Assembly (NCBI GenBank): GCA_045537015.1
Contig: JAZSOQ010000114.1
Coordinates: 1 to 61,217 of the forward strand
Direction of reading: 5' to 3'
DNA length: 61,217 bases
DNA from: Eubacteriales bacterium
GTDB taxonomy: Bacteria; Bacillota; Clostridia; Oscillospirales; CAG-272
Part shown: piece after piece, positions 1 through 9,089 of the stretch
Layout of the letters: every line of letters begins with the position of its first letter
Position numbering within the stretch: the first letter of the stretch is position 1
Made by a program: the position numbers and the translations under genes
The notes under the pieces: model-generated
The model's input: the letters and a program-made list of their open reading frames with translations, nothing else
What the model was told of the DNA's origin: nothing
Database searches by the model: none

Positions 1-67
1 GAACTCGTTCGGGTTGCCTTTATTTGCTTGCATTTCGCTTAATATAGCATTATTTTTCCAACATCTA

Positions 68-96
68 TTGCATTTACCGAGTTATTATGTTATAAT
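68..96 (+). promoter_or_regulatory. sigma-A type promoter of the oxidoreductase/kinase operon
   Basis: TTGCAT (68-73), a 17-nt spacer, then TATAAT (91-96). Confidence 0.6.
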
Positions 97-140
97 TAAA
101 CAAGATTTGTCCACCTAATTTATATTAACGAGGTATAAGA

Positions 141-1415
141 ATGAAAAAGCTTAAGGTTATCATTATCGGACTCGGAAGTCGCGGCACTACTTATGCAAAG
201 CACGGGTTTGATGCTTGTCCCGAATTTGAACTTGTAGGAATCGCCGATCCAGATCCTGTCAGACGAAATTACGTTAAAGAAAGATGTCAGCTTGACGACT
301 CCGCTTGCTTTGAGAGCTGGGAAGATATTCTGGCACTGCCTAAGTTTGCCGATGCGGCGATCATTGCAACGCAGGATAAGATGCATTTTGAGCCAGCGAT
401 GAAGGCTATTGAGCTCGGATACCATCTTTTGCTCGAGAAGCCTGCTGCGCCTACGCCCGAGGAGTGCTACAAGATAGCGGATGCGGCTAACAAAAAGGGC
501 GTTCACGTCATTGTTTGCCACGTGCTTCGCTTCACTCCCTTCTTCCGCACGCTCAAGAAGATCATCGACGACGGCAAGATTGGTAAGATCATGAATATCG
601 TTCATCAGGAAGGTGTCGGCAATATCCATCAGAGCCACAGCTACGTGCGCGGAAATTGGCACAAGGAGGCGGACAGTACTCCTATGCTCCTCGCAAAAAG
701 CTGTCACGATATCGACATTCTTCAGTGGCTTCTCGGCGAGAAATGCACGCGAGTTCACAGCTTTGGTTCACTTTCATATTTCTGCGAGGCGAACAAACCT
801 GAGGGTGCGCCCGAATTCTGCTATATGGGATGCCCTGTGGGAGAGGAATGTCCTTACAACGCGCTGAAGATCTACGCTTGCGAGAAATCCTCATACATTG
901 GTCGCGCGTCGAGAAAACACAATCCCACCGAAGAGGACGTCCGCCGCGTTCTGACCGAAACCAACTACGGTCGCTGTGTATTCGGGTGCGACAACGACGT
1001 TGTTGACCACCAGGTAGTAAACCTCGAGTACGAAAGCGGTGCGACTGTTTCCTTTACGATGAGTGCCTTTAACAAAGGCGGCAGACAGATCCACATTATG
1101 GGCACCAAGGGTGAGATCTACGCCAAGATGTCTGATGCTGCAGTCACTCTTTACGAATTCGAGACCAAAAAGAAGAGCGAGATCCTCGTTGCGGATGCGG
1201 TTGCTGACCAAGAGATCACGGGCGGACACGGAGGCGGCGACAGAGGAATTATGAGGACCTTCTGCCAATACCTCTGCGGCACCTACAACGGCAACAGCAT
1301 AACAGATATTTCCACTTCAATCGAAAACCACCTTGTCACCTTCGCGGCTGAACGGTCAAGACGTGAGGGCAACGTTGTTACTATTGAAGAATATATCGAA
1401 GGATTAAAGAATTAA
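141..1415 (+). CDS. Gfo/Idh/MocA family NAD(P)-dependent oxidoreductase
   Basis: 424-aa ORF with a GAGG SD upstream. N-terminal Rossmann motif KVIIIGLGSRGTTY and EKP motif (LLLEKPAAPT) are typical of Gfo/Idh/MocA sugar oxidoreductases. Confidence 0.85.
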   Translation: MKKLKVIIIGLGSRGTTYAKHGFDACPEFELVGIADPDPVRRNYVKERCQLDDSACFESWEDILALPKFADAAIIATQDKMHFEPAMKAIELGYHLLLEKPAAPTPEECYKIADAANKKGVHVIVCHVLRFTPFFRTLKKIIDDGKIGKIMNIVHQEGVGNIHQSHSYVRGNWHKEADSTPMLLAKSCHDIDILQWLLGEKCTRVHSFGSLSYFCEANKPEGAPEFCYMGCPVGEECPYNALKIYACEKSSYIGRASRKHNPTEEDVRRVLTETNYGRCVFGCDNDVVDHQVVNLEYESGATVSFTMSAFNKGGRQIHIMGTKGEIYAKMSDAAVTLYEFETKKKSEILVADAVADQEITGGHGGGDRGIMRTFCQYLCGTYNGNSITDISTSIENHLVTFAAERSRREGNVVTIEEYIEGLKN

Positions 1416-1418
1416 GGC

Positions 1419-2891
1419 ATGAAAAAATATGTTTTGGCATACGATCTCGGCACAAGCGGCGTAAAGGGTGCGTTGGTCACGCCCGAGGGTGATGTGGCTT
1501 ATACCGCTACGGCTTCTTATCCGCTCTATACTGCCGATGGAGGCGTCGCAGAGCAGGATCCTGACGATTACTGGCACGGTGTTTGCTCAGTTACCCGTGC
1601 CGTGCTTGAAAAGGGCAACGTTGCACCCGAGGACGTAATGGGTATAGCTCTTGACACTATGTGGAAGGGTATCATACCCGTGGACGATGCAGGAAACGTG
1701 CTTCATCGCAGTATCATTTGGCTGGATTCCCGCTCCGTGGAGGAGGCAAAGCTGCTCAATGAGCGGTTTGGTGAGGGTATATTTAACTCGGCGGATTACT
1801 GGCCCAAGCTTTTTTGGCTTCGTCGCAATCGCCCGGAAGTATTTGAAAAAGCAGTTACGGTTTTCGAGGCCAACTCTTATATCAAATGGAGGGCGACGGG
1901 CGTGGCATCGGTGGACGAGGGCAACAGTTTTGTGCACTCTTGCGACCCAAAATTGGATGCTTATTATGCCGAGATGATGGATTTTATGGATATTCCGAGA
2001 GAGAAATTTCCGCAGGTGGCACCCTCGCACGGTCTTGTGGGGTACGTAACCGAGGCGGCTTCCACGGAACTCGGTCTGCCCGCAGGTGTTCCGGTTTTTG
2101 GTGGTACCAGTGATATCAACGCCATTGCCATGGGCGCCGGCACCGCAGCCGTTGGCGGCGTGCACATTTATTTCGGCTCATCGGGGTGGATCGGATACAC
2201 TCTTGCACACGAATTCAAAACTCTGTACATCTCCCCGTTTGATAAAAAGAGAGACGTATTTATCATGGGCTCTCAGGCGATCGGTCTTTCCTTCAACTGG
2301 GCGGTGGATCGCTTCTATGCTGAAGAAAAGAAGCAGCTCGGCGACGGGGTGTTTGCGTTTGTAGACAAGCAACTTGAAGCCATTCCTGTGGGCTCCGAGG
2401 GCGTATTTGCGACGCCTTGGTTTTACGGTGAGCGTCCTCCCCTCTTCGGCAGAGATGCCAGAGGTAATTTTCTGGGGCTTGGTACTCAACATGACCGCCG
2501 TCACATGACGCGTGCGGTGATGGAGGGAGTTTGCTATCAACTGAAAATGGGCGTTGAGTATAACAAGGTCAATGGACGTCCCCTGCCAACAAAGGTATGT
2601 GCCGTTGGAGGCGGCGCCTGCAGTGAGCTTTGGATGCAGATGCTCGCCGACGTGCTGAACGTCAAAATAGAGGTCCCCGCCGCCACCCGCCACGCGGGAG
2701 CTTTGGGCACTGCCTATTGCGCTTTGGTAGGTCTCGGACTCTGCGACGACATCGAGGATGCCGCACGCCGCGTGAAAATCGCCAAGGTCTATACTCCAAA
2801 TCCCGATGCGGTGACGGTCTACGAAAAGGGCTACCGAGTGTTCGAGAAGATTTATAAGACACTTGCGCCGCTGTTTGAAAACGATAATTGA
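1419..2891 (+). CDS. FGGY-family carbohydrate kinase (xylulokinase-like)
   Basis: 490 aa, starting just after the upstream stop. Contains the N-terminal actin-fold ATPase motif AYDLGTSGVKGALV and an FGGY C-terminal domain (GGGACSELWMQMLADV). Confidence 0.85.
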   Translation: MKKYVLAYDLGTSGVKGALVTPEGDVAYTATASYPLYTADGGVAEQDPDDYWHGVCSVTRAVLEKGNVAPEDVMGIALDTMWKGIIPVDDAGNVLHRSIIWLDSRSVEEAKLLNERFGEGIFNSADYWPKLFWLRRNRPEVFEKAVTVFEANSYIKWRATGVASVDEGNSFVHSCDPKLDAYYAEMMDFMDIPREKFPQVAPSHGLVGYVTEAASTELGLPAGVPVFGGTSDINAIAMGAGTAAVGGVHIYFGSSGWIGYTLAHEFKTLYISPFDKKRDVFIMGSQAIGLSFNWAVDRFYAEEKKQLGDGVFAFVDKQLEAIPVGSEGVFATPWFYGERPPLFGRDARGNFLGLGTQHDRRHMTRAVMEGVCYQLKMGVEYNKVNGRPLPTKVCAVGGGACSELWMQMLADVLNVKIEVPAATRHAGALGTAYCALVGLGLCDDIEDAARRVKIAKVYTPNPDAVTVYEKGYRVFEKIYKTLAPLFENDN

Positions 2892-2918
2892 CATTGAAAT
2901 GTTAATTTATATAGCCAA

Positions 2919-2948
2919 CCCCGACGGCATAGCCGTCGGGGTGCTTTT
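2919..2948. terminator. bidirectional rho-independent terminator
   Basis: CCCCGACGGC-ATA-GCCGTCGGGG followed by TGCTTTT, between convergent genes. Confidence 0.8.
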
Positions 2949-2975
2949 GTATGTATTCTATTTTGGGGATTATTT

Positions 2976-4280
2976 TTATCTTTTCAGATAATCTAACCAT
3001 TCCGCTTTCAAAGCTTCATAGTTTTTACCGAAAGGATCGATTACATCCTGTGTTTCATAGGCTTGGAGCAATTTTTCGAGTCCATAATTATCAACCAGAT
3101 ACATCATCAAAGAAGTTGTCTGATCGTAGGAAAGCTCTTCGCCAACTGAATTGCATTCTTTTTTGTTCGCCATTTTATACGCTTGTCCGAGCGTTACGTA
3201 ATTTCCGGTTTCAAGCTCGAGGCGGGCGGCAATGTCGTAATACAACCGCAGATCGAATGAGTCAACCGAATCGATCTTTCCCCCTCGCTCGGTATATTTT
3301 TCGTAGACACTTTTACACAATAACGCGTGTTTGTCTCCAGCATTTGCGCGTTCGTCAAAATATCCCAGTTTCGCCATTGATAGAATCTGTATATACGATA
3401 ATGCGATCTGATCGTTAAATCCGAGAGCTTTGCCGAAGTAATTGCATATACCCTCGCTGAGCCATATATTATCGTAGGTTCTTATTCCCATTGCATGCAC
3501 CGCTTCATGCAGTGTGGAATTCGAATCGTTGATATACATATCACCCGTAGAAATAACGGTTTTGGAATATCCGCTTCCGTCGAAGGTCATATAGAAGTTG
3601 AAATTCCACTCGGTATCAAAGATTCCACTTGTATCGATATCTTTGATATATCCGATCATCTCATGCAATCCGAAAGTACTGTAATACAGAAAACCATGAT
3701 ACTGCGCGGGATTGCCTGCCGAAAAATCCTTAAAATAATATGTGATGTTATCAAACGAAATGATGTATTTATATGTTTTGTTCGATGAAAATTCCATCGA
3801 CGCGAGAAATGCTTCTACCTCTGCGGACTGTGGATATTCGGAATCAAGTCCGAGCGACTTCAAAAATTCGGTCTTATATTCGGTGCGTTTATCAATATTG
3901 AGAAGCTCGTCGGTGCCGTATTCATCGCATATAAAGTAAAAGAGTGCTTCCGCCACGGGAACCGATTTTACTTCATCAAAGGTAAACATATGGTCATATA
4001 GCGTAAGATAACCGAGATTTACTGCATCTGCAAAAAAATCTTTGAGATTTTTCGGTTCTTGTTCACTTTCATACGCAGAAAGGCCATATTTCAGCCATTC
4101 TTCACCGCTCTCGCGTACTTTCAAAAAAGGATCTGCGGGTTCAGCGGTTGTTTCTATCTCCACTGTTACTGTTGTTTCCGAATAGTCATCAGTAATATCC
4201 GGTAGTTCTTGATTGTTACAAGCGCAAAGAATAAGCATCGCACTTATAAGCAAAAGAATTGTCACAAGTACCTTTTTCAT
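2976..4280 (-). CDS. lipoprotein with Peptidase_MA-like (HExxH gluzincin) motif
   Basis: 434 aa. Signal peptide with lipobox (LILCAC). HEAVH followed by WLSEGICNYF gives HExxH plus a downstream Glu, as in MA-clan metallopeptidase-like domains. AAGGTG SD lies inside the 3' end of the upstream regulator gene. No closer family recognised. Confidence 0.6.
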   Translation of the reverse strand: MKKVLVTILLLISAMLILCACNNQELPDITDDYSETTVTVEIETTAEPADPFLKVRESGEEWLKYGLSAYESEQEPKNLKDFFADAVNLGYLTLYDHMFTFDEVKSVPVAEALFYFICDEYGTDELLNIDKRTEYKTEFLKSLGLDSEYPQSAEVEAFLASMEFSSNKTYKYIISFDNITYYFKDFSAGNPAQYHGFLYYSTFGLHEMIGYIKDIDTSGIFDTEWNFNFYMTFDGSGYSKTVISTGDMYINDSNSTLHEAVHAMGIRTYDNIWLSEGICNYFGKALGFNDQIALSYIQILSMAKLGYFDERANAGDKHALLCKSVYEKYTERGGKIDSVDSFDLRLYYDIAARLELETGNYVTLGQAYKMANKKECNSVGEELSYDQTTSLMMYLVDNYGLEKLLQAYETQDVIDPFGKNYEALKAEWLDYLKR

Positions 4281-4284
4281 ATTA

Positions 4285-5328
4285 TCACCTTATAAGTTCA
4301 AGCATAGAGTTGACAGTATCGGTAAACGCCGCAAGATTTTTATCTTTCTTCATGCTTTTTAGTATTTTCACGCAATTTCTTTTAGGATCTGTGCTGTTTT
4401 CTTGAGAAACACTGAAAAGCAATTCGGAAATATCATTTTGCACGTCTTTCGACACATGCTTCTTCATAATAAGAATAATTTTCTCGATATACACGCGAGC
4501 TTCATCAGGCTCTCCAAGTTCACACAAAAGCGATGCTATCTCTTTATAATTGCAAAGAAGAGGAATATCATAAAAACCTCCGAATCTGCCGTCAAGCAGA
4601 ATTTCATAAAAAGCCGCCGCTTTTTTGTAATAGAAAAGCTTTTCATACGCGCTTGCCTTCTCCGGGATCAACTGCCTTACAGAACATTCCGCAAGGTCAA
4701 CAAGATATGCCATATTCTTTTTTAGTTGATCACGTAAAGCATCTCCATCCAAAACATATCCTGCATATACCTCTCTGCTATGGCGAAGCATCGGAAGTTT
4801 TTTGTAAAAAGCCATTGCTTTTTTAGTAATTTGTGGATTGCAAGAAGACGAGCATATAACTATCATCAATCGGTTTATTTCGTTTCTTATATCATCATCC
4901 GTGCAGTATTTTTCCGCATGATCGGCAAAAGACAGCATTTTGGTCGCATGTTCATCATCAAACATATTGTTTCGAATTACAAAAAGCATCAAATCCGTAT
5001 AATTGGCGTAGTTATCAGGATTCAACTCTATTTCAACAAGCCAAGCTTTATAAATGCCGTCAAAATCTTTATTAGCATATAATTGCTTGATTTTATCCAA
5101 GAATTCACGCCTGTGTTCGATTCCCCACGCGGATTCCATATCAAACAAATAATCTATTGAGCATCGGAACAACAACGCTATTTTGGGTAAAAGCGAAATA
5201 TCGGGCGAAAGCAGTCCTCTCTCCCATTTTGAAACGGTTTGAGATGAAACGCCCAGGTGTTGGGCAACCGTTTCCTGCGTCATATTACGTGATATACGTA
5301 ATTCTTTAATTTTATCTTTCAGTACCAT
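4285..5328 (-). CDS. XRE-family HTH transcriptional regulator with large helical C-terminal domain
   Basis: HTH_3 motif MTQETVAQHLGVSSQTVSKWERG near the N-terminus, followed by a ~290-aa helix-rich domain. Start set at ATG 5328 (GGAG 6 nt upstream). The ORF-track start at 5484 adds 52 residues with no SD. Confidence 0.75.
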   Translation of the reverse strand: MVLKDKIKELRISRNMTQETVAQHLGVSSQTVSKWERGLLSPDISLLPKIALLFRCSIDYLFDMESAWGIEHRREFLDKIKQLYANKDFDGIYKAWLVEIELNPDNYANYTDLMLFVIRNNMFDDEHATKMLSFADHAEKYCTDDDIRNEINRLMIVICSSSCNPQITKKAMAFYKKLPMLRHSREVYAGYVLDGDALRDQLKKNMAYLVDLAECSVRQLIPEKASAYEKLFYYKKAAAFYEILLDGRFGGFYDIPLLCNYKEIASLLCELGEPDEARVYIEKIILIMKKHVSKDVQNDISELLFSVSQENSTDPKRNCVKILKSMKKDKNLAAFTDTVNSMLELIR

Positions 5329-5553
5329 TTCATTCTCCATTCTCGATGTTGATATTATTATATCACAATCTTTAATAGTTGTAAAGAGATAATTTGGCAC
5401 TAAAAAGTGTCTGTTTTGTACCAATCGAGTATTTATTAGTAAATACACAAAGCCTAACAACAAATTTCGAAGCTCTTTTATCAAAATATTAGGAATAACA
5501 GCACTTTTTGTCCCATCCTGCGTTCGATTCTTTCCTTTTTTTCATTGCAGTAC

Positions 5554-5582
5554 TTGAAAATTGTTTTCAAATATAGTATAAT
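5554..5582 (+). promoter_or_regulatory. sigma-A type promoter of the phosphohexomutase gene
   Basis: TTGAAA, a 17-nt spacer, then TATAAT. The -35 lies inside a short palindrome, TTGAAAATTGTTTTCAA. Confidence 0.65.
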
Positions 5583-5615
5583 ATTAGAGTATTATTTTTG
5601 CAGAGGAGAACTTGA

Positions 5616-7310
5616 ATGTCATCCGAAAGATATATGAATGATTACAAAAGATGGCTCTCTTTCCCGGGGCTTGATGCTTCGCTGAGAGATGAGCTTGTTT
5701 CTATAGAAGGCGACGAAAAGGCGATCGCAGAGCGTTTTGCCGCAGAGCTTGAATTCGGCACGGGCGGTATGCGCGGCATTCTTGGCGCGGGTATCGGAAG
5801 AATGAATATTTACACCGTTATGCGCGTAAGCCGCGGGTTTGCTGAATATATCAAGAGTCTTGGTGCTGATGCCGCAGAAAAGGGCGTTGTTATCTCGCAC
5901 GATAACCGCCGCTGCTCGCGCGAGTTTGCTCTTGCAACTGCGGGCGTTTTTGCCGCCGCGGGAGTTAAGGCTTATATCTTTGATTCGCTTCGCCCAACGC
6001 CTATGCTTTCCTTCTCCGTCCGCAAGATGCGCGCGGCAGGGGGAGTAATGATCACGGCTTCGCACAATCCGCCCGAATATAACGGCTACAAGATCTACGA
6101 TTCCGAAGGCTGTCAGCTGTCTCTCGAGGAGAGTGAAAAGGTCATCGGGCTTGTCGGCGAGGTCAAGGATGAGCTTGCGGTTCCTTGCCTTTCCCTCGAA
6201 GAAGCGGGCGACAGAATCGTGATGCTCGATTCCTCTATTGACGACGAATACGCAATGCGTGTTGAAAACATCTCGATCTCGCGCGACAGAGAAAGTGCCG
6301 CGAAGCTGAAAGTCGTTTACTCGCCTCAGCACGGCACCGGAAACGTGCCGGTTCGCCGCGTGCTTGCTGATTGCGGATATGAGATCATTCCCGTCCTATC
6401 GCAGTGCGATCCCGATCCCGACTTTTCGGGCACAGAATCGCCCAACCCCGAGTCGCCGAAGGCTTACACCGAAGCGCTCAAGATCGCAAAGGAAACGGGT
6501 GCCGACATCGTCATCACCACCGACCCCGACTGCGACCGCCTCGGCGTTGCTGCTCTGAACAAGGCGGGTGAAATGACTCTTATGACGGGCAACCAATCGG
6601 CTGCTGTGCTCCTTGAGTACATCCTCTCCCGTCGCACTACCGAAAATTCTCTCCCTGCGGATCCTTATATGCTGACCACTATCGTTACCTCAGATCTCGG
6701 CGACCGCATTTGCGAGAGATACGGCGTTAAGGTTGAAAAGACGCTGACCGGATTCAAGTTCATCGGTGAGAAAATCGCAAATCACCGCAAGAACGGCGAC
6801 TACGGCTTCGTTTTCGGCTATGAGGAGAGTTACGGCTGTCTGATTTCCGACTTTGTGCGCGACAAGGACGGCGTTCAGGCTTCTCTTATGCTTTGTGAGG
6901 CGGCGGCTTACTACAAGAATTACGGGCTTTCGCTCATCGACGTTCTTGAGGCGATCCACAAGAAATACGGCTACTTCCTCGATTCGCAGTCGAACTTCTA
7001 CTTCCCCGGTCTTGACGGCAAGGCGAAGATCGCGGCTCTTACCGCAGGTCTGCGTGCAAGCTCACCCGATGAGGTTGGCGGTGTTAAGGTTGTAAAGGTA
7101 GAAGATTACCTTTCGGACGAAATGAAAGCAGCAGGCTTCCCCGAATCCGACGTTCTCCGTTTCATATTTGAGGACGGATGTTGGGTCGCTGTTCGTCCCA
7201 GCGGAACAGAGCCGAAATGCAAGTTCTATTATTGCGTTTGTGCTCCCGATAAGGAAAGCGCGGAAAAGAAATATGAGGCGCTTAAAGCGGCTTTTGAGCC
7301 TAATAATTAA
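5616..7310 (+). CDS. phosphoglucomutase/phosphomannomutase family phospho-sugar mutase
   Basis: 564 aa. Active-site loop TASHNPPEYNGYK, metal loop TTDPDCDR and sugar loop GYEESYG. GAGGAG SD. Confidence 0.9.
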   Translation: MSSERYMNDYKRWLSFPGLDASLRDELVSIEGDEKAIAERFAAELEFGTGGMRGILGAGIGRMNIYTVMRVSRGFAEYIKSLGADAAEKGVVISHDNRRCSREFALATAGVFAAAGVKAYIFDSLRPTPMLSFSVRKMRAAGGVMITASHNPPEYNGYKIYDSEGCQLSLEESEKVIGLVGEVKDELAVPCLSLEEAGDRIVMLDSSIDDEYAMRVENISISRDRESAAKLKVVYSPQHGTGNVPVRRVLADCGYEIIPVLSQCDPDPDFSGTESPNPESPKAYTEALKIAKETGADIVITTDPDCDRLGVAALNKAGEMTLMTGNQSAAVLLEYILSRRTTENSLPADPYMLTTIVTSDLGDRICERYGVKVEKTLTGFKFIGEKIANHRKNGDYGFVFGYEESYGCLISDFVRDKDGVQASLMLCEAAAYYKNYGLSLIDVLEAIHKKYGYFLDSQSNFYFPGLDGKAKIAALTAGLRASSPDEVGGVKVVKVEDYLSDEMKAAGFPESDVLRFIFEDGCWVAVRPSGTEPKCKFYYCVCAPDKESAEKKYEALKAAFEPNN

Positions 7311-7422
7311 ATAACTATGCCCCGTTGGCAAGTTTTTTCGCTATTTTGCAAAATTGCTTGACAACGGGGTAAAAAAATGGTATTATATTATTATAAAATA
7401 ATTTATGAAAGGAACTATTCCA

Positions 7423-8919
7423 ATGAAAAAGATCCGTTTTGCGGCACTGCTTATGGCGCTTCTGACCCTGCTTCTTTGCTTTGCTTCCTGTGCCAATACC
7501 CCCACCGAGCAAGGCGACAGCACCACGGCAAGTACACCCAATGCGACCGAAGCTCCCGCCGCAACCACCGAAACTCCCGAAACTACATACCCCGTTGACG
7601 AAAACGGCTACGAGCTTGACAGACTCCCTGAACTTAACTACAATGGCGAAGAATTCGTTCTCTTCACCTGGTCCAACCAGGTAATGTGGGAATGGAACGA
7701 GGATGACACCACCAATGGTGAAAAGATCCACGACGCTATCTATGACCGTCAGGTTCGTGCCGAAGAGCGGCTTGGCATCGAGCTCGTTCTTTCAAAGCAG
7801 ACCGGCGACTGGGACCACAGAAACTCCTTTATTGTTACCGTTGAGGCTAATGTAAATTCAGGACAGCAGGATGCATTCGACCTTATCGGTCAGTACACTC
7901 CCGCAGCGCCCATCGGCGCGATGAAGAACCTTTACATGGATCTTACCGAGGTTCAGCATCTCGACTGGGAAAGACCCTGGTGGCCCTCCGACATTCAGGA
8001 ATCCTGCCACATCAACAACAACGTATACTTCATCACAGGTGATATCACCGGTACTCTCGTTCGTAACGTTCAGTCGGTCATCTGTAACCTTGATCTGGCA
8101 GAAAACCATAATCTTCCCAACGTTTATCAACTTGTTGAGAATCACGAATGGACAATGGATAAGTTTATGGAAATCGCTGTTGGCACCATTCAGGGCATCA
8201 ATCCCGACGGATCCGCCGCATATAGCATTACATTCCCCAACAACGTAGCTTACGATAACCTCTTTTACGGCGCAGGCTTCCGCTTTGTTGAACATGACGC
8301 CGACGGCAAGCTTGTAATGTCCGAGGAACTCGCAAGCGACAGACTTGAAACCTGGTTCCAGACATGCAGAGCGCTTCTCTTTGATAACGCGGACGTTGAG
8401 ATACTGGCTATCAACGGTGCAAACGGATTTGCTTCCGGCAACGTTCTATTCCATTGCGGACAAATTGCGGACGTTCAGAACAATCTTCAGGAAGTTAACT
8501 TTGACTTTGCAGTTCTTCCCTATCCTATGTACGACAAAGACCAGGAAGATTATTACACCATCACCAGCTATTGGGTAAGTATGTACTCCATCCCCGCCAA
8601 TGCTCCCGATCCCTCTATGTCCGCAGCCGTTCTTGAGTGTCTTTCCTCTTACGGTTACCGCTATCTGACTCCCGTTATCTATCAGGAGGCATTCCAGTAC
8701 CGTTATCTTGACACCCTTGAGAATGCAAGAATGTTCGACCTTCTTCACGACACTCTCGTATTTGACCCCGGACGTCTCTTCGCCGATCAGCTCAACTGCT
8801 TCGCTGCATTCCGTCAGGCAGCACAAGAAACCGGAAGCACCTCCTGGAGCTCTTACTATGCAGGAAACAAAATTGCATGGAGCAAGGCTCTTTCGAAGAT
8901 CATCGGTACACTTGGTTAA
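7423..8919 (+). CDS. solute-binding-protein-like lipoprotein (paralog family, copy 1)
   Basis: Lipobox LCFASC followed by a T/E/P-rich tether. Alignable by eye over its full length with the ORFs at 11572, 13779 and 48125 (shared RPWWP/KPWWP, EWT, LPYP/VPxPK blocks). SBP assignment is by general resemblance only. Start moved to the MKKIRF ATG that is preceded by AAAGGAA. Confidence 0.55.
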   Translation: MKKIRFAALLMALLTLLLCFASCANTPTEQGDSTTASTPNATEAPAATTETPETTYPVDENGYELDRLPELNYNGEEFVLFTWSNQVMWEWNEDDTTNGEKIHDAIYDRQVRAEERLGIELVLSKQTGDWDHRNSFIVTVEANVNSGQQDAFDLIGQYTPAAPIGAMKNLYMDLTEVQHLDWERPWWPSDIQESCHINNNVYFITGDITGTLVRNVQSVICNLDLAENHNLPNVYQLVENHEWTMDKFMEIAVGTIQGINPDGSAAYSITFPNNVAYDNLFYGAGFRFVEHDADGKLVMSEELASDRLETWFQTCRALLFDNADVEILAINGANGFASGNVLFHCGQIADVQNNLQEVNFDFAVLPYPMYDKDQEDYYTITSYWVSMYSIPANAPDPSMSAAVLECLSSYGYRYLTPVIYQEAFQYRYLDTLENARMFDLLHDTLVFDPGRLFADQLNCFAAFRQAAQETGSTSWSSYYAGNKIAWSKALSKIIGTLG

Positions 8920-8930
8920 TTCTATAAGAA

Positions 8931-8960
8931 TAACACCCGATCCGTCGGGTGTTATTTTTT
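8931..8960 (+). terminator. rho-independent terminator after SBP-like copy 1
   Basis: Perfect 10-bp stem TAACACCCGA/TCGGGTGTTA, a 4-nt loop, then TTTTTT. Confidence 0.85.
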
Positions 8961-9089
8961 ACTATAAATACATTACAACTCATACTGCAAAATGGGCAAA
9001 ACGCCGTTTTTTCAAAAAGGTATTGAAATCGATATAATTTTGTAGTATAATAATGTTTGGAAAAATTTTATACATAAAGGAAGATAAAC

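Noticed and set aside
1-33. Possible 5' end of a divergently transcribed gene on the minus strand (ATG at 33-31, MQANKGNPNEF…).
   Set aside because: Only 11 codons are visible and there is no clear SD, so identity cannot be assessed.
5329-5484. N-terminal 52-residue extension of the XRE regulator given by the ORF track. Similar upstream extensions occur at 11447-11467, 17828-17878, 26493-26513, 26560-26622, 46102-46149, 47138-47200, 55500-55559 and 57992-58030.
   Set aside because: In each case an internal ATG is preceded by a good SD and reproduces the canonical N-terminus of the family, whereas the extension lacks an SD and often overlaps promoter or SD sequence.
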